A program made the translations under genes and the position numbers. 24,000 nt of DNA from Desulfuromonas versatilis (GTDB taxonomy: Bacteria; Desulfobacterota; Desulfuromonadia; Desulfuromonadales; NIT-T3): NCBI RefSeq assembly GCF_019704135.1, contig NZ_AP024355.1, forward strand, positions 3,393,034 to 3,417,033, written 5' to 3'. Shown here piece by piece: positions 1-6,463 of the stretch; positions within the stretch are counted from its first letter, which is position 1, and every line of letters starts with the position of its first letter. Below the pieces are notes generated by a model. The model was not told the DNA's origin and made no database searches. It saw only the letters and a program-made list of their open reading frames with translations.

Positions 1-670
1 TATCGATCATGTCGTCGACGATGATGCAGGTCTCCCCCGCGACATCCCCGATGATGTGCATGACCTCGGAGACGTTGGGGCCGCTGCGGCGTTTGTCGAT
101 AATCGCCAGGCCGGCATCGAGCCGCTTGGCGAAAGCCCTGGCCCGCTCGGTCCCCCCCGCGTCGGGGGAGACGACAACCAGCCGGTCCTTGAAACGCTCG
201 GTGATATCAGCGAGCATGACCGGCGCGGCGTACAGGTGGTCGACCGGAATGTCGAAGAAGCCCTGGATCTGCCCGGCATGCAGGTCCATGGTCACCACCC
301 GATCCATGCCCGCAACGGAGATCAGGTCGGCCACCAACTTGCTGGTGATCGGGGTGCGCGGGGCGACCTTGCGGTCCTGCCGGGCGTAGCCGAAGTAGGG
401 GATCACCGCCGTAACGCTGGCTGCGGATGCCCGCTTGAGGGCATCGGTCATCACCAGCAGTTCCATGAGATTGTTGTTGGAAGGCGCGCAGGTGGACTGA
501 ATGATATAGACATCCCGACCGCGTACGTTCTCACCGATCTCCACCATGATTTCGCCGTCGCTGAAAGTCTTGACCTTGGCGCTGCCCAGGGGGACGGCCA
601 GGTGCCCGCAGATTTCCCGCGCCAGAGCGGTGTTCGAGGTGCCGGCGAAAATTTTGAACTTGTCCACCAT
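1..670 (-). CDS. prs: ribose-phosphate pyrophosphokinase (PRPP synthetase), N-terminal ~223 aa; the C-terminus lies beyond the window start
   Basis: Absent from the ORF track because it runs off the edge. Manual translation from the ATG at 668-670 gives [60 protein letters not shown]...[14 protein letters not shown]...[25 protein letters not shown], the canonical Prs sequence. A GAAAGG RBS lies upstream. Confidence 0.9.
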   Translation of the reverse strand, partial: MVDKFKIFAGTSNTALAREICGHLAVPLGSAKVKTFSDGEIMVEIGENVRGRDVYIIQSTCAPSNNNLMELLVMTDALKRASAASVTAVIPYFGYARQDRKVAPRTPITSKLVADLISVAGMDRVVTMDLHAGQIQGFFDIPVDHLYAAPVMLADITERFKDRLVVVSPDAGGTERARAFAKRLDAGLAIIDKRRSGPNVSEVMHIIGDVAGETCIIVDDMID

Positions 671-691
671 TCGACCTTTCATACAGCCAGT

Positions 692-723
692 AAAAACTGT
701 AGGTCATGGATGCCCATGACCTA
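692..723 (-). terminator. perfect 10-bp stem hairpin (TAGGTCATGG-ATGC-CCATGACCTA) followed on the minus strand by CAG-TTTTT; terminator after tRNA-Gln or a structured prs leader
   Basis: Inverted repeat 700-709/714-723 read directly, with a T5 run at 692-696 on the minus strand. It sits between tRNA-Gln and the prs ATG, 30 nt downstream. Confidence 0.4.
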
Positions 724-741
724 ATCGAAAACACGCAATCT

Positions 742-758
742 GTCGGTTGTCAACCGAC
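742..758. promoter_or_regulatory. 17-nt palindrome GTCGGTTG-T-CAACCGAC containing a perfect TTGACA on the minus strand; possible operator or -35 element for prs
   Basis: Palindrome read directly. No convincing -10 hexamer lies at 17 +/- 1 nt; the best is TCGATT at 19 nt. Confidence 0.25.
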
Positions 759-805
759 CACCGGAAAGTATACACAAGAGGGCGATCGGGACAGAAGCAG
801 ATAAG

Positions 806-880
806 TGGCTGGGGCGCCAGGATTCGAACCTGGGAATGCCGGAATCAAAATCCGGTGCCTTACCGCTTGGCGACGCCCCA
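806..880 (-). tRNA. tRNA-Gln (anticodon UUG), CCA encoded
   Basis: The reverse complement reads TGGGGCGTCGCCAAGCGGTAAGGCACCGGATTTTGATTCCGGCATTCCCAGGTTCGAATCCTGGCGCCCCAGCCA. It has acceptor stem TGGGGCG/CGCCCCA, anticodon stem-loop CCGGA-TTTTGAT-TCCGG and a GGTTCGAATCC T-arm. Confidence 0.92.
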
Positions 881-921
881 TCATCCAGAATTGGCCCAGC
901 AGGACAGCAACTGGTCGCCGC

Positions 922-1767
922 TCAGTCTTCCAGCGGGTGCGCCAGAAAGACCCGCCAACCGGCCATCTGCCGCAACTGGCTCAGGGCCGATTCGGCGGCA
1001 TCCCGGCTGTCGAAAACGCCGAATACGGTCGGCCCGCTGCCCGACATGAGCGCCCCGCGAGCCCCCAGGTCGAGAACCCTGGCCTTGACTTCTTCGACAA
1101 TGGGAAAACCGGCGATGGTTACCCGCTCCAGATCGTTGGCGAGAAAACCCGCCAACTCCCCCACCGTCCTGGGAAACTTGGGAAGTTTAGCCACAACCCC
1201 CTGCGATGTCAACCTTAAATTTTGGTAGACCCAGGCCGTAGATACGGCCACTCCGGGGTTGATCAGCACGTACCAGGCCGGCGGCAATCCGTCCACCGAC
1301 TGCAGGCACTCACCGATCCCCGTGGCCCACGCCGTACGGCCATTCACAAAGAAAGGCACATCCGCCCCGAGCTTCGCCCCCTCGGCCACCAGGGTCACGG
1401 GATCCAGTCCCGCACCGAGCATCTCGTTGAGCCCGACCAGCACCGTGGCGGCATCGGAAGAACCGCCGCCGAGCCCGGCGGCCACCGGGATTTGCTTGTC
1501 GATGTGGATCTCCACCCCGGTAGATACTCCACTTAGCTCGAGTATGCGCCTGGCCGCCCGCGCGGCGATATTCTCCTCCCCCGGAGCCAAAGCGAGCCCG
1601 GAGCAGTTCACCCGGACCCCGCCTTCGGCCACAAGGGCGATCCGCACCCGGTCATAGAGCGAGATGCGCTGCATGAGCATGGCGACATCGTGATAGCCAT
1701 CGGGGCGCTTGCCCAGAACATGAAGGCAGAGGTTGATCTTGGCAGGGGCCAGAAATTCCTTGACCAT
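922..1767 (-). CDS. ispE: 4-diphosphocytidyl-2-C-methyl-D-erythritol kinase
   Basis: MVKEFLAPAKINLCLHVLGKRPDGYHDV...IPVAAGLGGGSSDAA (GHMP kinase motif). The start is moved to the ATG at 1765-1767, which has an AAGGAAAG RBS; the track's longer 313-aa ORF adds a non-homologous extension. Confidence 0.9.
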   Translation of the reverse strand: MVKEFLAPAKINLCLHVLGKRPDGYHDVAMLMQRISLYDRVRIALVAEGGVRVNCSGLALAPGEENIAARAARRILELSGVSTGVEIHIDKQIPVAAGLGGGSSDAATVLVGLNEMLGAGLDPVTLVAEGAKLGADVPFFVNGRTAWATGIGECLQSVDGLPPAWYVLINPGVAVSTAWVYQNLRLTSQGVVAKLPKFPRTVGELAGFLANDLERVTIAGFPIVEEVKARVLDLGARGALMSGSGPTVFGVFDSRDAAESALSQLRQMAGWRVFLAHPLED

Positions 1768-1827
1768 TGCAGCTTTCCTTTTACTTTTTCCCGGGCCGGG
1801 CACCTGGGCTTGCGTCCTCGTCAACGA

Positions 1828-1860
1828 CCAGGGGCCGCGGCAGTTAACCGCGGCCCCTGG
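1828..1860 (-). terminator. GC-rich perfect 13-bp hairpin (CCAGGGGCCGCGG-cagttaa-CCGCGGCCCCTGG) 24 nt downstream of the first cytochrome gene
   Basis: Inverted repeat read directly. There is no strong U-tract, so it is either a terminator or an RNA-stability element. Confidence 0.45.
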
Positions 1861-1883
1861 CATCTTTCCGGGAATTGCCTTGA

Positions 1884-2813
1884 CTACTTGGTCTTGACCG
1901 GCGGGTCGTGCGGGTCAAGGTGACAGGTCAGACACTGGGGGAACTTCGCATGCAGCGAAGCGCTGTGGGGCTGACCATGGCAATCGTTGCACTTGGGGAT
2001 CAGCCCGTGCTGGGTGTGACAGGTCACGCAGGAGACCCCGCCGTGCTTGCTCTTGCTGGTCGACCAAGTGGTGTAGACCTTGTCATGGCAACCGCTGCAG
2101 GTCTTCAGCTCGATCTCGCCCTGGAAGCTGATCTGCAGGGGCTTGTGAACCGGGTGGCAGGTCGTGCAGGTCTCCAGGGGCTGCGCCTGGTAGTGCGGCT
2201 CATGACAGTTGAAGCACGAGGGAATGTAGCCGTGAGACTCGTGGCAGGCCTGGCACCCCTGCTGGGTATGTTTGCTGGGGAACTGGGCCAACTGCCCGGC
2301 CGGCGAGGCGTGACAGTTGCCGCAGTTGCTGGTGAGCTGAGCAACCATGGGCACCTTCCGCGGGGTGTGCGGATTCTGGTGACAGGAGAGGCAATCGGTG
2401 AACTGCTGACCGTGAGGCAGGGTGTGGCAGTCCGAACACTTGGGCATCAGCTCCGCGTAGTTGTTGCGCAGCGGGTTGTAGGCATGAAAAACCTGGTGAC
2501 AGTTCTGGCAGTCGAACTTGTGCTTCCCCCCGTCATTTTTCAGGGCCTTGAAATGGGTCGTGTGGCACTGGGCGCACTGCGCGGGGGTCAAGGGCACCGG
2601 ATCGGTGGCGTAGATATCCACCACCTGCGCCGGCACTGCGGCGGGCGCGGGTGCAGGTGCGGGCGCCAGCGCCGGCGCCGCGGGTGCGGGTTTGATCTCG
2701 GCGGCAGGCTGAGCCTCGCCTGCGGGCATGACGCAGGCCGCCAGCAACAAGGTCAACAGCAGGGCCGCAACCGCTGCGCCAATCCGGTACTTCCTCTTAT
2801 TCAGTTTGAGCAT
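1884..2813 (-). CDS. dodecahaem c-type cytochrome, lipoprotein, with a Pro/Ala-rich linker
   Basis: It has 12 CxxCH motifs (CAQCH...CLTCH). The signal peptide carries a LAAC lipobox (MLKLNKRKYRIGAAVAALLLTLLLAAC), followed by the linker PAPAAPALAPAPAPAPAAVPA. The ATG at 2811-2813 is preceded by GGAGAGAGGGAAGG. Confidence 0.85.
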   Translation of the reverse strand: MLKLNKRKYRIGAAVAALLLTLLLAACVMPAGEAQPAAEIKPAPAAPALAPAPAPAPAAVPAQVVDIYATDPVPLTPAQCAQCHTTHFKALKNDGGKHKFDCQNCHQVFHAYNPLRNNYAELMPKCSDCHTLPHGQQFTDCLSCHQNPHTPRKVPMVAQLTSNCGNCHASPAGQLAQFPSKHTQQGCQACHESHGYIPSCFNCHEPHYQAQPLETCTTCHPVHKPLQISFQGEIELKTCSGCHDKVYTTWSTSKSKHGGVSCVTCHTQHGLIPKCNDCHGQPHSASLHAKFPQCLTCHLDPHDPPVKTK

Positions 2814-2878
2814 GTCCTTCCCTCTCTCCACAAATCGAGAAACATGAAGACCGAGCCCCCTCCCTGCCCGGCAAAGAC

Positions 2879-2914
2879 GGCGGCCCCCCGCTTCGACCTG
2901 CGCGGGGGGCCGCC
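2879..2914 (-). terminator. perfect 13-bp GC hairpin (GGCGGCCCCCCGC ... GCGGGGGGCCGCC) between the two cytochrome genes, followed on the minus strand by GTCTTTGCC
   Basis: Inverted repeat 2879-2891/2902-2914 read directly. It starts 14 nt downstream of the upstream cytochrome stop. Confidence 0.45.
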
Positions 2915-2927
2915 TCGTTGACCAGAA

Positions 2928-3728
2928 TTACTTGTTCAGGTCGTGAGCGATATTGTGGCAGTCGCCGCATTTCGGGAATTTCTTGTGAATCCCCTCGGCA
3001 TGGGGCAACCCATGGCAATCGCTGCACTGGGGCACGGTCTTGTGCTTGTCCTGGTGGCAGGTGACGCAGGTCACGTCCCGATGCTTGTACTTGCTGGCCG
3101 CCAGCAGCTGGAAGGCGGTGGTATGGCAGGCACCGCAGCTGGCGTTGGGGGTGTCGGCACCATAGGTGACGACCAGCGGCTGGTGGGCCTGATGGCACTT
3201 GCCGCAGTCGCCCTGGGTCATCTGCTCCGAGTGAGGCTTGTGGCACTGCACGCACTCGGGAATCACCCCGTGGCGCTCGGCGTGGCAGAAGTTGCAGGCA
3301 AAGGTGGTGTGCTTGCTGGGATTGGCCTCAAGCTGGGCGTTCTGGGTGTCGTGGCAGGTCAGACAGGGGGCCTTGAGGTCGCCCTTGAGCACGATCTGCA
3401 GAGGCGAGTGGGGATTGTGGCAGCCGGTGCACCCCTGCAGCTTGAAATGCTCCTGGCCGTCATGGCACATGCTGCACTGGGGGATATTGTTGGGACTCGA
3501 GGGGCGATGACCGGTATGGCAGTCCTGGCAGCCGATCTGGGTTTTGTGGGCCGCACCGTTGGCCTCGATCTCCTTGGGCTGCTGGGCATGGCACTTGACA
3601 CAGTCGGTGTTGGCCAGCACGGCAGCCCCCTGGGCCCGAGCCTCACTCCCCGCCGAGGCCAGAACCCCGAGCCCGAGCAGGGCAAGGCAACAGACAATAC
3701 GCAGTCCGATTCCTTTTACATTTTGCAT
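2928..3728 (-). CDS. dodecahaem c-type cytochrome, periplasmic (Sec signal), paralog of 1884-2813
   Basis: It has 12 CxxCH motifs arranged as three tandem tetrahaem modules. The signal peptide is MQNVKGIGLRIVCCLALLGLGVLASAGSEARA. The ATG at 3726-3728 is preceded by GGGAGGAA. The C-terminal module aligns with that of the neighbouring cytochrome (KH..V.CVTCH...P.C.DCHG.PH.....KFP.C..CH). Confidence 0.85.
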   Translation of the reverse strand: MQNVKGIGLRIVCCLALLGLGVLASAGSEARAQGAAVLANTDCVKCHAQQPKEIEANGAAHKTQIGCQDCHTGHRPSSPNNIPQCSMCHDGQEHFKLQGCTGCHNPHSPLQIVLKGDLKAPCLTCHDTQNAQLEANPSKHTTFACNFCHAERHGVIPECVQCHKPHSEQMTQGDCGKCHQAHQPLVVTYGADTPNASCGACHTTAFQLLAASKYKHRDVTCVTCHQDKHKTVPQCSDCHGLPHAEGIHKKFPKCGDCHNIAHDLNK

Positions 3729-3828
3729 GAAATTCCTCCCTTTCAACAACTCTCTAAGTAACATTGAAGCCCCCCGCAGATGGGGACGGTCCAAACATTG
3801 AAATGCAGCACCGAGTAACCAAGCTGGT

Positions 3829-3847
3829 CATGTATGCAGCATACATG
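3829..3847. promoter_or_regulatory. 19-bp perfect palindrome CATGTATGC-A-GCATACATG about 100 nt upstream of the cytochrome operon ATG; candidate dimeric regulator site
   Basis: Read directly in the 226-nt intergenic region between yggU and the cytochrome gene. Confidence 0.35.
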
Positions 3848-3954
3848 AGATCAGCCTAACCGGAGACCCGCTGGATACTAGCAGAAAAGCCGCCTACTGT
3901 CCACCTCGAAAATCACCTTCCGGGCGCCCTGCCGCGGCAGGAAAGGGTCGCCGC

Positions 3955-4254
3955 TCAGCCTCCCGGAGGGGCGAGAATCCGGGCAACCTCCTCCAGGCTC
4001 TTGCCGACAATCAGGAGACGTTTGTGGCGGGATCGTTCGCCGGCCTCCAGCCGGACATCGCCCTTGGCGACGCCGAGCAGCTTGGCAAAGAATTCGCAGC
4101 ACAGCCGGTTGGCGGCGCCCTCGACCGGCGGGGAGGTCAAACGGACCTTCAATTCCCCCTCCAGCTCCCCGACGACCTGGTTGCGGCTGGCCCGGGGCTG
4201 TACATACAGGCAGATGCGCACCCCCTCCCCGACCTGCTGGAGACAGGCCATCAT
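3955..4254 (-). CDS. yggU: DUF167/YggU family protein
   Basis: VRICLYVQPRASRNQVVGELEGELKVRLTSPPVEGAANRLCCEFFAKLLGVAKGDVRLEAGERSRHKRLLI matches the YggU (UPF0235) pattern. Its start overlaps the divIVA stop (TGATGATGG). Confidence 0.8.
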   Translation of the reverse strand: MMACLQQVGEGVRICLYVQPRASRNQVVGELEGELKVRLTSPPVEGAANRLCCEFFAKLLGVAKGDVRLEAGERSRHKRLLIVGKSLEEVARILAPPGG

Positions 4255-4796
4255 CAGCCCTTTTCGCCCCCCCTGCCTCCTTCGGCGTCGGCGTCCTCGA
4301 AGGGGAGCGACTCCTCGAGCAGGGTCGGTTCGGCATCCCTCTCGGGCAGCCGGACCACCTTCATGTCGAGCATCCGCACATGGCTCTCGAGCAGCGCCCT
4401 CAGGCTGGCCTCGAAGGACACCTTCTGGCGCTTGACCTCCTGGACCTCGCCGATCAGCTGAATCCGGCGATCCTCCGCGTCGCGCACAATCCGCTCGGCA
4501 CGCAGGCGCGCCTGGGCCAGGATGGTTTCGGCCTCCTTGCGGGCATTGTTTTTCAGATCGTCGGTCATCCGCTGGGTGGTCAGCAGGGTCTCCTTGAGGG
4601 TCGCCTCGCGCTGGCGCATCTCCTCCAGGGCGGAGCGGGTGCGCGCCAGCTCTTCCTTGAGCTCCTGGCTCTGTTTGTGAAGCAGGGCGAGTTCATCGGC
4701 GAGCAGCTCGAGGTAATGGTCGACGCCGGCCTTTTCATAGCCCAGCGGGCGGGTTCTGAATTGATGCTGCTGGATATCGATGGGGGTGATGCGCAT
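4254..4796 (-). CDS. divIVA: DivIVA domain protein
   Basis: The N-terminus MRITPIDIQQHQFRTRPLGYEKAGVDHYLELLADE is the DivIVA lipid-binding domain signature, followed by coiled coil. A GGGGAG RBS is present. Confidence 0.85.
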   Translation of the reverse strand: MRITPIDIQQHQFRTRPLGYEKAGVDHYLELLADELALLHKQSQELKEELARTRSALEEMRQREATLKETLLTTQRMTDDLKNNARKEAETILAQARLRAERIVRDAEDRRIQLIGEVQEVKRQKVSFEASLRALLESHVRMLDMKVVRLPERDAEPTLLEESLPFEDADAEGGRGGEKG

Positions 4797-4809
4797 GTCC
4801 GCTCCCCTG

Positions 4810-5115
4810 TCACAAGCTCATGGCCAGGCGCTGCAGGACCAGCCAGACCACCCGCTGGACGAAATACAGCCCGACCAGCAGCAGGATGGGGGAGAAATCG
4901 AATCCGCCGAACTGCAGCGGCAGTACGCGCCGGATGCGGTAGAGTACCGGGTCGGTGGCGTTGTGGAGGAACCGCACGATGGGGTTGTACGGGTCCGGGT
5001 TCACCCAGGAGATGATCGCCCGGGCGACGACGATGTATATGTAGACGGTGATGATCAGGCTGATGACCTGGGCGAAGATCATGACCATTTCGCCGAGAAA
5101 ACTCAAGGAGTACAT
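4810..5115 (-). CDS. yggT: YggT family membrane protein
   Basis: The 101-aa product has two hydrophobic segments and ARAIISWVNPDPYNPIVRFLHNATDPVLYRIRRVLP, typical of YggT/Ycf19. It also has the conserved yggT-divIVA neighbourhood. Confidence 0.85.
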   Translation of the reverse strand: MYSLSFLGEMVMIFAQVISLIITVYIYIVVARAIISWVNPDPYNPIVRFLHNATDPVLYRIRRVLPLQFGGFDFSPILLLVGLYFVQRVVWLVLQRLAMSL

Positions 5116-5283
5116 GGACCACCCTTTCCAGGTTTCTAAATTGTCGTTCTCGCTATGGATTCAAATTTAAGCATCACTATATACTCCATTCATGGAAAGG
5201 GTGTCAAACGGTTTCCCCTGGGCAAACGCGGGGTTTGGATCGCCAAAAAAGCAACGTCCTCCCTGCTGCGGGCCAGCGCCCTT

Positions 5284-5312
5284 TTGACTTCTTCATAAAT
5301 TGCCGCTAAATT
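5284..5312 (+). promoter_or_regulatory. sigma-70-type promoter TTGACT-17 nt-TAAATT upstream of the DAHP synthase gene
   Basis: The hexamers were read at 5284-5289 and 5307-5312, about 60 nt upstream of the ATG at 5375, which has an AGGAGAG RBS. Confidence 0.45.
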
Positions 5313-5374
5313 GATGTCCCTGGCCTTCTCCCCGGGAGGGGGCGGACATTTCGCAGCGAAGCAGGAGAGTTTCC

Positions 5375-6442
5375 ATGAAGCGGACCAACAACTTGCGTAT
5401 CCGGGGCCTGACCCCGATCATCGCCCCCAGCGATCTCAAGCAGGTATTCCCCCTCTCGGAGCAGGGCGCGGAGTTTGTCACCGGGGCCCGGCAACAGGTG
5501 GCCGACATTCTCAACGGCCGGGACCGCCGGCTGATGGTGGTGGTGGGCCCTTGCTCCATTCACGACCCTCGGGCAGCCCTCGACTACGCCAGGCGCCTGG
5601 CGACCCTGGGCCGGGAACTGCAGGAGCAGCTGCTGCTGGTGATGCGGGTCTACTTCGAAAAACCGCGCACCACCATCGGTTGGAAGGGGCTGATCAACGA
5701 CCCGGATCTCAACGGGACCCACCAGATTTCCAAGGGGCTCGGCGTGGCCCGGGGCCTGCTCTGCGCCATTACCGAGCTGGGCCTGCCGGTGGCCAGTGAA
5801 ATGCTTGACCCCATCACTCCCCAGTATCTCTCCGACATGATCAGCTGGGGGGCGATCGGCGCCCGCACCACCGAATCCCAGACCCATCGGGAGATGGCCA
5901 GCGGCCTCTCCTTCCCGGTCGGGTTCAAGAATGGTACCGACGGCAACCTGCAGATCGCCATCGATGCCATGGGCGCCGCCCGTCACCCGCACAGCTTTCT
6001 CGGCATCAACAACGAGGGGCGCAACGCCATCGTCCAGACCGTCGGCAACCCCGACGTGCATATCGTGCTGCGCGGCGGCAACGACAAGCCCAACTACGCG
6101 GCGGCCGATATCACCGAAACCGAGCAGATGCTGGCCAAGGCGGGGATCCGCACCTCGATCATGGTCGATTGCAGCCATGCCAACTCCTGCAAGAACCACG
6201 AGCTTCAGGAACAGGTGCTGGTCGATGTCGTCGAGCAGATCGGCGCGGGCAACCGCTCCATCGGCGCGCTGATGGTCGAGAGCAACCTGGAGGCGGGCAA
6301 CCAGCCCATCTCCACCAACCCCGCCGAACTGCGCTACGGGGTTTCGATCACCGACAAGTGCGTCGACTGGGCCACCACCGAACGGATGCTGCGCCACGCC
6401 GCTGCCCGGCTCGAACAGTGCGGCGGCCGAAAGATCGCCTGA
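5375..6442 (+). CDS. aroG: 3-deoxy-7-phosphoheptulonate (DAHP) synthase, class I (AroF/G/H type)
   Basis: The 355-aa product contains LMVVVGPCSIHD, VYFEKPRTTIGWKGLINDP, GARTTESQTHREMASGLS.PVGFKNGTDG and IMVDCSHANS, all hallmark class I-alpha DAHP synthase blocks. The isozyme assignment is not resolvable from sequence alone. Confidence 0.92.
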   Translation: MKRTNNLRIRGLTPIIAPSDLKQVFPLSEQGAEFVTGARQQVADILNGRDRRLMVVVGPCSIHDPRAALDYARRLATLGRELQEQLLLVMRVYFEKPRTTIGWKGLINDPDLNGTHQISKGLGVARGLLCAITELGLPVASEMLDPITPQYLSDMISWGAIGARTTESQTHREMASGLSFPVGFKNGTDGNLQIAIDAMGAARHPHSFLGINNEGRNAIVQTVGNPDVHIVLRGGNDKPNYAAADITETEQMLAKAGIRTSIMVDCSHANSCKNHELQEQVLVDVVEQIGAGNRSIGALMVESNLEAGNQPISTNPAELRYGVSITDKCVDWATTERMLRHAAARLEQCGGRKIA

Positions 6443-6463
6443 CCAACCCCAGGACCGGCCACG

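Noticed and set aside
806-880. tRNA-Gln as an integration hotspot or genomic-island boundary, and the small Xis/MerR-like HTH gene (9271-9456) as a prophage remnant.
   Set aside because: The window contains no integrase, no direct repeat of the tRNA 3' end and no phage or transposase genes. The flanking genes (ispE, prs) are the conserved housekeeping neighbours.
2641-2700. Repetitive GC-rich DNA (gcgggtgcaggtgcgggcgccagcgccggcgcc...) looked like a tandem repeat or CRISPR-like array.
   Set aside because: It simply encodes the Pro/Ala linker of the lipoprotein cytochrome. It has no spacer-repeat organisation, and no CRISPR array exists anywhere in the window.
3805-3830. Sigma-54-like sequence TGGTTA-CTCGG-TGCTGCA upstream of the cytochrome operon, and TGGCCG-GCTGA-CGGCT (near 16760-16775, minus strand) upstream of the CarboxypepD_reg gene.
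   Set aside because: The first has GG-to-GC spacing off by one, which sigma-54 tolerates poorly. The second lacks the TTGC -12 core. Both are plausible chance matches in GC-rich DNA.
3729-3954. c-di-GMP/cGAMP (GEMM) riboswitch, expected by analogy with other Geobacter cytochrome leaders.
   Set aside because: I could not find the conserved GEMM cores (the ACGCAAAGC-type segment or the paired tetraloop-receptor hairpins) on the coding strand.
5155-5298. 47-codon ORF (MDSNLSITIYSIHGKGVKRF...) in the yggT/aroG divergent intergenic region.
   Set aside because: It has no RBS, an AT-rich atypical codon composition and overlaps the predicted aroG promoter. It is most likely non-coding promoter DNA.
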